Positions 24,428-37,430 of a stretch of DNA of 64,000 nucleotides are shown here, piece by piece. The stretch comes from Octopus bimaculoides (Eukaryota), in contig NC_068990.1 in NCBI RefSeq assembly GCF_001194135.2, positions 69,510,488 to 69,574,487 on the forward strand, written 5' to 3'. The number at the start of each line of letters is the position of its first letter. Position 1 is the first letter of the stretch. The notes under the pieces are model-generated. The model was not told where the DNA came from. It worked only from the letters and a program-made list of their open reading frames with translations, and ran no database searches. The translations under genes and the position numbers were made by a program.

Positions 24428-24858
24428 GGTATTTTTATATAAGCTTTAAAGCCTATGGCGATCAAGGTGCAATGACTAAGGAAAATAGTCTAATAAAGGG
24501 CCATATAAGCCCTCGACAGAAAAACGAAGGCTTTCCCATCCGCGTGGGTGTCGAACCCACACGAGACTAAGTGTGTTGCCTTTACACCAGCGAATCAGCC
24601 TTCCTTTTTACTGTCAAATTTAAGAACTATGTATTAGTTAGTATTTGTTTTTATGTAAACTAACTTTCTATATGCTTTCGGTGCANNNNNNNNNNATTAC
24701 GGCGCCGTCGCGTTAACAAAAGGATGTGGGTTCGACTCCCACGCGGATGGGAAAGCCTTCTTTTTTCTGTCGAGGGCTTATATGTCCCTTTATTAGACTA
24801 TTTTCCTTAGTAATTGCACGGTTATCATCATAAGCTTTAAGCTTATATAAAAAATACC
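24428..24858. repeat. Inverted repeat (~130-bp arms 24428-24561 / 24725-24858) carrying a tRNA T-arm/B-box-like motif
   Basis: Arms are clear reverse complements; inner ends contain gtgggttcgactcccac; 10-N gap in the spacer. Confidence 0.85.
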
Positions 24859-26329
24859 ATTAGATATATATGTATATATACTTTGGAAGGTCATGACTTT
24901 CAGAAAAATGAATATTTTTAATGAAATTTTCTATGCATATATTATTTATTATGTAGATTCGGAATATACAAACATTTTCGGTGAAAGTATTTTGGAATGG
25001 GGGTGGGGGACAATTTTCGGAAACTCCAACAGAGTCCACTTAAATTCCTCTTAACTTCCAGGAAAATGAATATTTTTTCGTGAAATTTTCTACAAATATA
25101 CCTTGATGTATGTACATTTCGAGCATGTAGGAATTTTGAAGGACACAACTGCAGGTTATTTTTGAGAAGTGTTCCCCACTCGGTGGTGTTTCGGAGCAAG
25201 TCGTCCATAATTGTTTCATGTTTCTCTATTAATCTTGTCTACTGCTTCGGTACTGCTTGTACATACAACTTTTCAGTTATCCATCTGAATATATCTGGCG
25301 ATTTACCAAAGACATTAGCTCATTACAGCACACCGCTCAATTATTAATTAATCCCAACGATGTAATAAACTTAATGGTAATTTTAATATCAATTGTTATG
25401 GTACAAATCTACCGTAGGAAGCAAATCCTTTCAAACAGATCATCAGTTAATTATGTCCTCCTCTTCGATTTTCACAATACTTGCCGTCTGAAAGGTTCAG
25501 CCGTTTCGGTATTTTTTCGATTTATAATCACAAAATGAAAGTGGGAAGATTGCCCGAACAATTAATCAAACAATCAATTAGTTGCTTGGTTAATTATTAA
25601 CAAATAAAAAAAGTAAAGAAATGAAATAGAACCAGTGCGTGTGTTTATTATGGGTATAATGACCCTCCTGAGATTCAATAAAATCTGTTCCAATACAGAA
25701 GTTCAGATCAGGTATCTTACAAACTAAATATAAAAACGAAATATCAAAAGCAATCAAGCATTAAAAAAAAATTGTAATTTTGAAAAATCGCAGAAAACAA
25801 AAAAATTAGAGGAAAATTAGAGGAGGATTAAAAACTTGAAATTTTGTTTTTTCAAAAGAAATTTTTGAGAAATAATGGTAGGTTGATGCCAATTCGACAT
25901 ATCTGCTTGGAGATTGTCGAATAGTGTCGATATTCCCACTTTGGTTATGGGATTCCAAAACGAAAGAATGCCGTTAGAATTACCTTCTATCTTTGGTTGT
26001 TTCAGTCACTGGATTCTGGTCATGATAGGCGTCGTCTTGATGACTTTTAATCGAACAAATCGATCCCAGTACTTATATTTTAAAAGGTCTGTCACTTTTC
26101 TTAATGGTCTCTTTGCCGAACCGCTACGTTACGGAGACGTAAACAAACTAACACCAGTTGTCAAGCGGTGATGGTGAGTGGTGGAGACCACAAACATAAA
26201 GAAACACACACGTTTATATATATATATATATATATATATATNNNNNNNNNNNNNNNNNNNNNNNNNNNNNNNNNNNNNNNNNNNNNNNNNNNNNNNNNNN
26301 NNNNNNNNNNNNNNNNNNNNNNNNNNNNN

Positions 26330-26870
26330 NATGTATATATAGGGCAGGTAAAATTCCCGAGATCCATGGGCGAGTTCACTCCAGCGGTCTTCGTCCCTCA
26401 TCATCGCTGCCATGTCCTGTGCCTCCCAGAGGCCAGTATTTTACCTTAGAGCATCAACATATGTCATCCCCGGTTTCTTTTTTCTAGTGTGTCCGTGTAG
26501 GGGCTCCCACAGGAGCACTGGGTGCAGTATCAACTCTGAATGACGGTGAGCATGTCCAGCTAACCTCAGTCTCCTCTGTGCTATTTTCGAGCTAACTATT
26601 GGGAAGCTCTTGTACAGCTCTGAGTTCTTCACCCTCAGTGTATACTGATTAATGTTCAGAGCCATCCTCAGCATTCTCGTGTAGCACCCATCCACCATCT
26701 GAGTAGGTTTCTTGGTCAGTGTCCAAGTCTCAGACCCGTACAACAGCACAGGCTCCACTGTAGCAACGATGAGACGAATCTTCAGGTCTTTACGAAAGTC
26801 CGACTTCCATACAGATCTCAAACTGTGGCATGCCGCCCAGGCTTTACCCTTCCTCTCAGCTATATTATCC
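26330..26870 (-). mobile_element. RTE-clade LINE 3' fragment
   Basis: KIRLIVATVEPVLLYGSETWTLTKK…DGCYTRMLRMALNI…RRLRLAGH is a classic RTE post-RT region. Confidence 0.9.
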
Positions 26871-26883
26871 ACACATATATCTA

Positions 26884-26948
<65 letters not shown>

Positions 26949-28052
26949 ATACACGTATATATACATACATATATGTATGTGTGTGTGTACGATGGGATTC
27001 TACACAGTTTCTGCCGGTCAAATCCACTCGCAAGGCATTAGTCGGCCCAGGGCTATAGTAGAAAATATTTGCACAATGAGCTGTGTAGGGCGACTGAACA
27101 CGAAACCACTTGGCTGCAAAATGAGTTTCTCAGCCACACATCCTTGTCTGCTATCCAAAAATTATTTTGAGACAAGACATCAAATTGAGAATAAAATATT
27201 AAAAATTTTTTCAGTTTCATTTATTGGCAAGTTTTGGTCAATAATTAACGAACATTCTTTTTTTTATTTTACCCTGTTGTTCTCTAGTTTCATTTTCGGT
27301 TTCTATTTCTGAATGTTTAAATACAAATGACTTGCATATTTAGGCTTTACCACTCAGTAAACAGGGTGGCCAGTGGTTTCAATCATTTCTCTATCTGATT
27401 TACCGATAGGTTATCAGATATATATGACATTTGTAAGTAGCCCCAATCACCAGTACTGATCAATCAGTTCGATTGATCGCTTCCAGTTAGTGGAAATTAT
27501 TGTCTTTAAGGTCAACGCATATCTTTCATTGACCTAATATAATTACTTATATATCTATATAATGCCAGAAAGTTAATCCTCAACAGCAGTGAGCTAGCAA
27601 TATTTCCTGTTAGAGTATGAGCAAAGAAAGATAAGAGGATTAAAGAGATTTCTGATTCTGGGTACAAAATCTGGAGTAGTGGTGGGAGGGGGTCTATTTT
27701 GGGGATTGCACTGTACTCTAATAAATACGGTAGGCTGCTACTGCTGCTGTTATTATTTAGGCTCAGTTCAGCTTTGACTTCAACAGACTTAACATCAGAT
27801 TATCCAGGACAAAGGGGAGATATTTTTAGTGTCCCTTTAAGATAATAAGCTTTTGTTTAAGGGACGTTTTGCTTTTTTTTGTCTAGGAAGCTGAGTTACT
27901 ATGTAGGGTCTTCTTCATGTTGTAAATATATAACGAGGTGAATATACACAAACTAGCATTTATTAACAAAATTATCGAAAGCTGTTTTACCTCTTGTTTT
28001 GAGTTTCGGAAATGAAAGCAAATGACTATTTTATGATAAAGAGTCATTATGA

Positions 28053-28859
28053 ATAGAAATATTAATATTTCTAGGTCTCTCTAAAGGAGACTACGGCAGC
28101 GGTACTGGATATTAATAGTTATCGCCAAGCCAGCATGGCAGTCCAAAAAATAGGACGAATGCTGCCGTTGATCAGCTCCAAGAGGCCATCGACTCTAGCT
28201 CGCTATGCGACACACGAATCTGTGTCCATTATAACCTTCGAACAGGGGAGGTCAGCCGCTTCCCCTTGCTGGTCTGGCATCCACAGACTTGCTATCAATG
28301 TAGAGCAGCCGAGCCCAGCAGGCGTCGCTCTGAACGTCTGTAAGAAGGATTATTTACCTAAATTCAGTGGAATACATCCACTGGTTTTAAAAAATAGAAA
28401 TATTAATATTTCTGAGTCTCTCTAAAGGAGACTACGGCAGCGGTACTGGATATTAATAGTTATCGCCAAGCCAACTTGGCAGTTCAAAAAAATAGGACGA
28501 ATGCTGCCGTTGATCAGCTCCAAGAGGCTATCGCCTCTAGCTAGCTATGTGACACACGAACCTGTGTCCATTATAACCTTCGAACAGGGGAGGTAAATAA
28601 TCCTTCGTACAGACGGTCAGTAGCGACGCCTGCTGGGTTCGGCTGCTCTACATTGATAAGGGGCAAACACCCTGAAACTAGTCTGTAAATGCCAGACCAG
28701 CAAGAGGAAGCGGCTGACCTCCCCTGTTCGAAGGTTATAATGGACACAGGTTCGTGTGTCACATAGCTAGCTAGAGGCGATGGCCTCTTGGAGCTAATCA
28801 ACGGCAGCATTCATCCTATTTTTTTGACTGCCATGCTGGCTTGGCGATAACTATTAATA
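28053..28859. repeat. Direct + inverted triplet of a ~300-bp unit (possible DIRS-like terminal repeats)
   Basis: Copy 1 28053-28359, partial direct copy 28394-28594, inverted copy 28591-28859. Confidence 0.9.
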
Positions 28860-30443
28860 GTAATTATAAAATCCTTGTAAAATTTTGAGCATTAAATGTT
28901 TATAAATTTAGTTCTATATGGCTAATTTTTTTCATCATTGGTCGACGGCATTGCAGAGACGGTAACCTAAGCACTTCTGTTGTGCTTGGGCTGTTTAAAA
29001 AAGCAAGTATCTAGCCCTAAATACACACATTGTCTTTCCACTCATGAATATTCCACAAAGGAAAGACAAGTTGATATGTTCACAGCATTCATGGAGCTAC
29101 AGAGTGTGCCAGATGTTGGTTAAGTATAGCCGTACATATCTCCCTTAGGATCACTTCCTCTCTATTTTCTGTAGGGGTTTACTCCTTTTGCCCTTTTTTG
29201 AAATGCTTAATAATTACCTAACAAGATAGCAGGGGTTTATTATTATAGTGGGCATGGTTTGTGCAGAATCAGTCTCACTCTTTCAACCTTCAAATTTATA
29301 TTGGTCTGATGCAACAAGTGCCTTTGAACCCAGTAGCTATCGGAATGAAGGATTTGTATGAAGTTACCTTCTCTTAGATGAGCAGCTAAAGAACTGAGGG
29401 GCCTCATCTACTCTGAGTTCATTGGAATGTCAGTGAGTGACTTTCTTCCGGAGGGAATTCCACGACATTCTAATCAATCTTTAGCCAGGGCCCTGACAGT
29501 GTGACTACTCTGGGTCAGAGAAGGCCTGAGAACAATAATGGATAAGAGTTGGTTTCACACTCCTCAAAACGCCAAGTACTTCCGAAACAGAGCCCCACAA
29601 TTGGATGTAGTTTAAGGTCATACCCTGGACGTTGTTCTATATATGATAAAATTAATCTGAAAAGATCATTTAAAATTCTGATGTATTTATTGTATTCTAA
29701 TAAATTTTTTTTAAAAATCATAATTTATCAATTTTCAAAAAAACTAATGCTGACTTCACTTTCAAAGGAAGACATAAAAAGACAACTCATTCAAGTAAAT
29801 ATCATTCTATGGGTTTGTGATTTGCGAGCTAGGGTAACTAATGTGATTTTAAGGTGTATCTGGAAACCAACTACAAAACTTATATCTAGAACTCCAGAGT
29901 TACGGTTTTTACATGGAATAAGGTGGACATGCGGAACATCAACAATTTTAAGAATAAATCAATTGACAATTACGATGAATTATTCCATTCACCTTTTTAC
30001 ACACGTTAATTCTGCAAGACATAGAACTAAAATTATACCCATTTAAACTGCATGAGAATTTTATAACGAGTCTGTGTGTGTTTTTTTTCTTCTATAAATA
30101 TGTGCATATGAATGTTCCTGAAGATCTTTCCTAGTTATGTGGTACCTGCTACGGTGTCTAATCCAGAGACGTGTTTTCTTGAATAATGTACCATAATTGA
30201 ACAATTGCTGTGATATCCACGTTTTATTTGTTTATTTTACTTGTTTCAGTCATTGGGCTGCCGCCATAGTGGGGTACCGTATTGAAGAGTTTAGTCGAAA
30301 AAAGAGACATCGGTGCTTTTTTTAACACCTGTTTTGTCGAACCGCTACGTCACGGGGTCGGAAACAAACCCACACTAGTTTTCAAGCGGTGACGGTGGAC
30401 GAAAATAAGCACAAAGGCACACACACACACATACATACATACA

Positions 30444-30473
<30 letters not shown>

Positions 30474-30474
<1 letters not shown>

Positions 30475-31180
30475 GTAACGGGCTTTAGCGTCGGGGTCAC
30501 CCAATGTAATGGGTGTTATTTATGTTGAAGAGAAAGATGATGTAGATGTCGCTGTGCTGAACTTCAAAGAATAAGGAAAGTGGTCGAAGTTGTAGATCAT
30601 ATATTTTATTGCACCGTTACATATCATTTCCTAACCACGTCGGACAGGTGTGTATAAAATAAATCAGTCGAAAAGCATAGCAGGTAAAAGAGAGTTGTAT
30701 TTTCTTGTACGAGAGTGTATGGTCTTAAGTTTACAGATTCTTGTTCTGGCAACAGGAAAGAAATACACAAAGTGATGCTTGTTTGAACGGCGATGGTGAA
30801 CAAGTGAGAGACAAGAAAAGGGAATTGTATGGTGAAACACCATAGCGGTCGACTGCCGCGCAGAACCGCTTTCTCCCTCCCTCTCTGTGTGGTTTGCTTG
30901 GAACTGCTTGTATTTATAAGTATCCAGACCAGCTAGAAAAAGAGGTATACCGTTTTAACTGTGACTAGTGACCTGTGGGTTAATTTATTTCATTTATTTA
31001 AACTCTTTGTAGCCTAGAAAGGTTATGGGTCAAGAGGAAAACACGTCAATCAAATGTTGGCAAGGCCATAGGTTGAACGAAACGACCTTGTTCCTAGCGA
31101 GAACAATAAAGCTGTATATTTAGGGGAAATTTTACCGATTTAGTTTCGAAACTCAGGTAGGGCCAAGCAAGGTCTCTACA
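30474..31180 (-). mobile_element. Solo LTR (707 bp)
   Basis: TGTA…TACA termini flanked by CATA on both sides (inside a (CATA)n array); minus-strand TATA-like (~30915) and AATAAA (~30608). Confidence 0.7.
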
Positions 31181-31190
31181 CATACATACA

Positions 31191-31221
<31 letters not shown>

Positions 31222-31494
31222 TGGGGCAAGTGTCTACTACAATAAACCCGGGCCGACCAATGCCATTGGAGTGAATTTATTAGATGGAAACTGAATGGAA
31301 GCTTGTGGTATATATATCGCCAACGAGTGGACAAATGATTCCCTCGGTCAGACGAGCCACTACCCATGAGATTGTTGCACAAGTGGACTGTAATGACAAT
31401 GAATAACAGAAGATAACGAAAGACTGAGTATTAGTGCAATCAGAAAAGGTTGGAAGTTTGCTCTGATTTACTGGAAATGTTTGTCTTATAACTG

Positions 31495-32721
31495 TGTAGT
31501 GAAACTACCTATCGCCATTAGATACAAAACTGCTATCGCCATTCTTCTCATTTAAATATAAACAAGCGCGAGCGTAGCGGAAAACATCAACCTTGTCATC
31601 ACGTGACTGATCATTATTCGAATCGGCAACTTCTTCGAACCGTTCCCGCCAGAACGCAAACTGACCAATCACGGCCCCTAATAAGGTCACGTGATAGAGT
31701 GTTTTTCTACTACCGTCTGGGAGCCCCCTGAATGCTTTAAATAGCAACTCATACNNNNNNNNNNNNNNNNNNNNNNNNNNNNNNNNNNNNNNNNNNNNNN
31801 NNNNNNNNNNNNNNNNNNNNNNNNNNNNNNNNNNNNNNNNNNNNNNNNNNNNNNNNNNNNNNNNNNNNNNNNNNNNNNNNNNNNNNNNNNNNNNNNNNNN
31901 NNNNNNNNNNNNNNNNNNNNNNNNNNNNNNNNNNNNNNNNNNNNNNNNNNNNNNNNNNNNNNNNNNNNNNNNNNNNNNNNNNNNNNNNNNNNNNNNNNNN
32001 NNNNNNNNNNNNNNNNNNNNNNNNNNNNNNNNNNNNNNNNNNNNNNNNNNNNNNNNNNNNNNNNNNNNNNNNNNNNNNNNNNNNNNNNNNNNNNNNNNNN
32101 NNNNNNNNNNNNNNNNNNNNNNNNNNNNNNNNNNNNNNNNNNNNNNNNNNNNNNNNNNNNNNNNNNNNNNNNNNNNNNNNNNNNNNNNNNNNNNNNNNNN
32201 NNNNNNNNNNNNNNNNNNNNNNNNNNNNNNNNNNNNNNNNNNNNNNNNNNNNNNNNNNNNNNNNNNNNNNNNNNNNNNNNNNNNNNNNNNNNNNNNNNNN
32301 NNNNNNNNNNNNNNNNNNNNNNNNNNNNNNNNNNNNNNNNNNNNNNNNNNNNNNNNNNNNNNNNNNNACTGACTCTCTTTCTATCTGCTGTAATATCTCA
32401 CATACACATTCATGTATCACTCACATACACACTTTTCTTTGTCCGACGGCCTGTCTTTGATTATGTTCTTATATGTCGCATTCACACTCTCACATACACA
32501 TACATCTTTAACGCTACAATAAATATCTCTGTTATTCATCTTATACGGTTGTGGTCTTTCATTACTGGTCATCTATGTTATCGTAGTATAACATATCATG
32601 TATATCATCTTAGATATGTTATTTTGTGTTCGACCGTGTGACACGTTTAAATAAAAGGAGTCCTCTGTTTTTCCATTCGTCACCATTTCTCCTTTTATGA
32701 GTTCGCACGGCCGTTCTTACA
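31495..32721 (+). mobile_element. Solo LTR (spans a gap)
   Basis: TGTA…TACA termini with 4-bp TSD ACTG (31491-31494 / 32722-32725); CCAAT and E-boxes, TATA-like tttaaata ~31737, AATAAA ~32519 and ~32650. Confidence 0.75.
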
Positions 32722-33089
32722 ACTGTTTACTTGTTAGCCACGCATAAAATGATAACTCTCACGAACAATTAACAGAAGCTTTATTTACTGCACATAGTGT
32801 TTTCTGTGTTGACCTTTGAATGAAGAATAAAAAAGAACAACTTATACTCACTGGGAGAGACAAACTCTGGTATCCACGACAAAATAGCTGGAACATGTTG
32901 ATCTGTGACTAGTCCATCACATTTGGGGAAATATCATGCTAAATTCATGACGGCTAATCTGTACCTTCAATCTGTACAGCTGGTAAATGGGGAAAGAATA
33001 AGAGTGGAGTTGTTAAAACAACTGTCTCAGCATTCTGAAGTTACCTCCAAAAATCCACTTTTTATAAGACTCATTCGAAGGTTCTAGAA

Positions 33090-33220
33090 AGTCGAATCAC
33101 GTGATAACTCGACGCTGATTGGTTAGTTAATCAGCCGATCACGTGAATCGAAAGTGATTTCAGCGTGGAATTCGCTGGCTTGTCTCGCGATTCGATTTTG
33201 AATCTGCTACATGTTTAAAG
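33090..33220. promoter_or_regulatory. Candidate promoter/enhancer: TCACGTGA - ATTGG - TCACGTGA in a CpG-rich patch
   Basis: TCACGTGA at 33097-33104 and 33139-33146, inverted CCAAT at 33118-33122, many CpGs; minus-strand donor GAG|gtaact at 33045/33044. Confidence 0.3.
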
Positions 33221-34269
33221 GCAATGAAGACACGTTTCTTTCTTTCCTTTTTGTTTTCGGTATGGTGACAGGGAATGAAATGTGAGCGTATCTTTACGAT
33301 TTGATAATGAAGACTGAAGTCATAGAATGGCGTCATGCCTCTTCTTCAAGATCTAAGGAGATCAAGGGCCAGTGACTGGCAAAGTCAATGTGAGTGTTTT
33401 GGGGATGTTTTAGGGAATGGCAATCCTTGATTTTATGGAAAGTGACTGCACCATGAATAGCAAACAGTACACTGAGACTCTCAAAAAGCGTAGAGAAGCG
33501 CAGGTGTGGTTGTGTGTTAAGAAGCTTGTTTCCCAACCGCGTGATTCTGGGTTCAGTCCCACTGCGTAATACCTTGGGCAAATGTCTTCTACTATAACCT
33601 CGAGCCAACCAGAGCCTTGTGAATGGATTTGGTGGATAGAAACTGAAAGAAGCCCCTCGTATATATGCGTGTGTGTGTGTGAGTGTATGTGTGTGTGTGT
33701 GTCTAGGTGTGGGAGGTGCGTGCGTGTGAGTGCAGGTGTGTGTGTGAGAGTTATTTCCTTCCCGCTTGACAACCAGTGTTGGTGTGTTTGCGTCTCCATA
33801 ACTGAGCGGTTCGGCAAAAACGACCGATAGAATAAATACTGGGCTTTTAAAAATTAAGTCCTGGGGGCCGATTTATTCCACTAACACTCTTCAAAACAGT
33901 GCGGAAGCATGGCCGCATTCGAATGAATGAAACCAGAAAAAGTTAAACGATAAAAAGTAATTAAGAGGAAGAGATCGTGTAAGACTGTAAAAACGGTCCA
34001 CATTCACCTTCAGAATTCATAATCACATACATCTTAAGCAAAAAAAAACAACAAATAATCGGCAAACTGAACCGGTTAGTGTTCCCCCATTCACCATAAA
34101 GCCCGGATTTAAGCTTTAACACTCGACATATAATGTATAAAATTATGTAATGTACTATAAAATAGTAATTAAGGTAATTTTATTAATCTTAGAAGTCATT
34201 AAGTGTAAACAATGGTAATAAAATACACTATAAAACTGTAATTAAATCAGTTTAATTGGGCTCTGTGTT

Positions 34270-34760
34270 TTATGTTTATAGAATCTATATATATATAAAT
34301 GACAATTTCTGTCCGTCCGTCTATCTGTCCGTCTGTCTGTTACCATCTTAGTGCCTAAACCAGCGAACCAATGTTCACGAAACATGTTCCATACATGTTC
34401 CACTAACATCCAGTTCAATACTAGGCTAATTGGATTCCAATAAAAATTTACAATGTGCTCCCCCTCACTCCCCACCCAGAGACGTTGGGCGAATTATGTG
34501 ATAAAATGAGAAGGTTGCAAAAAGTATTAGTCTGATGGAGAGGTAGTAACAGAAAGAGAGGGTGAAATCTATTAGTGAAGGTGATACCAGCGGTGTTAAT
34601 TGGATGGTAACGTTACTATAACTGTCATATAAGGTAGTAACAGAGAAAGAGAGAGAGAGAGAAAGAGAGTGTGACTTCTATCAGTGAAGGCGAGAACAGC
34701 GGTAAGAATGGGATGCTAACGTTATTATAGCTGTCATATACACGTGACGCTGCACACATA
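34270..34760 (+). mobile_element. Probable non-autonomous Helitron-like element with two ~100-bp internal subrepeats
   Basis: 5' tctatatatatataaa…tgtccgtccgtc signature; duplicated ggtagtaacaga…tgtcatata units at ~34540-34740. Confidence 0.45.
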
Positions 34761-35094
34761 CTTTCGTAAATACATAGATACTACACACACACACAAACAC
34801 ACACTCACACACACACACAGAAAGGGTGTGTGAAGAATACGTAGCTTTCAGAGAAACGGTATAGGTAGCTTTTCTGTTGTCCATTGCAAAGAAACACTCA
34901 CAGACATACATACACACACGTACATATATATACATACATACATACACACATACATATACATACGGACGTACGTTCGTACATACATACATGCATACATACA
35001 TACATACATATGTCTACTATACACCATCTTAAACTCGTGATTACCTGTGTGTACGTTTGTAACTCTGTGTGTGTGTGTATATGTGTGTGCGTGC

Positions 35095-35131
<37 letters not shown>

Positions 35132-37292
35132 NNNNNNNNNNNNNNNNNNNNNNNNNNNNNNNNNNNNNNNNNNNNNNNNNNNNNNNNNNNNNNNNNNNNN
35201 NNNNNNNNNNNNNNNNNNNNNNNNNNNNNNNNNNNNNNNNNNNNNNNNNNNNNNNNNNNNNNNNNNNNNNNNNNNNNNNNNNNNNNNNNNNNNNNNNNNN
35301 NNNNNNNNNNNNNNNNNNNNNNNNNNNNNNNNNNNNNNNNNNNNNNNNNNNNNNNNNNNNNNNNNNNNTTGCTATTTACTTTTTCCAGAAAAGTTGCAGA
35401 AAAATGTTACTGACATTTAAAGTTTAATCAATTTTACCTAATCATAAAACAGGATTTGGAAGCTGGCAGTTTCTGCATGATAGCTGTCTATCACGAAATG
35501 AAAGCAAAATCATTGGGAGTTGTAAGAACTTCTGAAGGTTTAATGAATAAAGTCATGTGAAACGGTCGAACAGACATGTAAATAATTCAAAAAGGAAAAA
35601 AAATCCTCAACGAAGTAATTTGGCGAAAAATTGCACAAATCTGTCCTGATTAGGAGGCCTATCTGACGGGGAAGGCATGCTCTGATATGGAATAAATAAA
35701 AATTTATATAAGACATTCTATTGTAAAAATTGCCTGGCAACGACGGGCTATTCAGCTGGTATACTATAAAGCGGTAATTGCCAGTCTAATTAAACTTAAT
35801 AGTCGTCACGTGTAAACAATGTTTATAATTATAACTAACGCGTGTCGGCTTGGACTGGTGCAGTCTCTACGTCATATTCGGTTTATAGTGGAGACGAAAG
35901 TCAATATCGTTACGGCTATTCATCTCAAACGACCCCCGACAAATTTATCAGAAATTTTATGTATTTTGCCATTAAAAGTGGATGTTAATACTATAATACC
36001 TGAGAGATATTCTAAAAATTAACATTTTTATTTTTTCCAGGCTGAGACGTTAACAATGTTTAGGGGGCGGGGCTCATCATTATTGTGGGTCTTAATCATT
36101 AAATCACCGTGTGTAGTATATGATATTAGTCAGGCTGCGTGTGAAGGTGAGAACGATCACTCTAATATTTATATGTTTCCATATTTCTTTTTTTATTACC
36201 TGGATCATTTATACTTGTATAACAATTATTTGAATAAAGCAACAAACATGAAATTGTGAATGTGATAGTTAAAAGTGTTCGTAGCATAAAGAGTTATTTT
36301 AGTTATTTACATGAAAATTGTTCATAGCTATTAAAGGCAGAATAAGTAGAAAAAGTGAGAACACCTTATCACAAAACTGATTGAGTTCTGGATAGCATTT
36401 AAGGTTGTTATCAAAGAGTTCGATATTCCAGTTTTTTATAACAGTCAGTCAGAACTTTTTGAACCTTCGATTAAATTATTTGGCTGGAAAATTCACAAAA
36501 CTTACTTTCAGGTTTACTGTAATCTGGTTATACGCTAACCAATCTGATTAATTGAACCATGTTCACAAAGGCTTTCATGCCTTTTATAGTGACAGTTTAT
36601 TTTTCTCGTTGATTTTTACCTTTTATGGTAATATAGTTGGACAGCGGTTCTAAACTTTGGATCTGAGAGAGAAGGTTCAAAATTTCGCAGAAACATTGCA
36701 ACAAATGTATAGAATATTTATTGCTTTTCGAAACCATCAAATAAAAATATCAGTAAATAATATAAGAGAATATGAATGGTTAAAATCATAAGTTAATCAG
36801 AACTCTTCGTGTAATTGGAATAATAAATTGAAAATAAACACCCTCGATTAATGTATCAAACGGAATACTTATTTTATTCAGCTTTAGTCTTAAAAGCTAA
36901 AGTCTAAAAACCTATTATATGATCCACTACTCGGGATGGGTTATGATGCAGTTGGAAACTGCGCTGGAGGCTGTCTGAATGATTAATCAATATTGTCAAC
37001 GCTGTTAAAAAGCATGCACTAAACACGTGGCTGTTTCGTGATTTATTTGAGGATGGGAAAGCTGAATATTCAGACCGCATTATTTTAAAAACAGAAGTGG
37101 CTTTTACGTAGAAACGTCCTTAGTAGCGTTTGGGCTCTCACAGTTACTATCAACTCTCACATTTACTAGGTTTCTGGTAAATAAAAAGTATGTTTCTACA
37201 GGTAAGTTCTGTAATTCCACTTGGCTGGTTCTTACATTACCAATAATCTTAACAGACATACCCTTTACCCATCACCCTTTACAAACGTACAA

Positions 37293-37430
37293 AAATACCC
37301 CGTTGACGTTGTTGAAATTCCAATGAAAGTGCCTTGGATCTAGATTAGAAGCCGGCTCTTTCTCTATTGGCAAGAAATCTTGAAATAAAACTGAAAAATG
37401 ACATACATACATGCATACATACATACAGTA
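37293..37430 (+). mobile_element. Isolated 3' end of the R4/Dong-like family at 45830-47010, with (TACA)n tail
   Basis: aaaataccc…gaaattc…ggatctag.ttagaa…ctattggcaagaaatcttgaa…tgacatacatac matches 46915-47015 and 45607-45700. Confidence 0.7.

Noticed and set aside
24540-24610. Intact tRNA gene
   Set aside because: Only a T-arm and a partial A-box; no anticodon arm or acceptor stem can be built.
37198-37206. Perfect plus-strand donor CAG|GTAAGT
   Set aside because: No matching open exon; a single occurrence is compatible with chance.
37315-37360. Hammerhead-like …aatgaa…gaa(a/g)ccgg in the R4/Dong 3'UTR copies
   Set aside because: The CUGANGA core is absent in all three copies.
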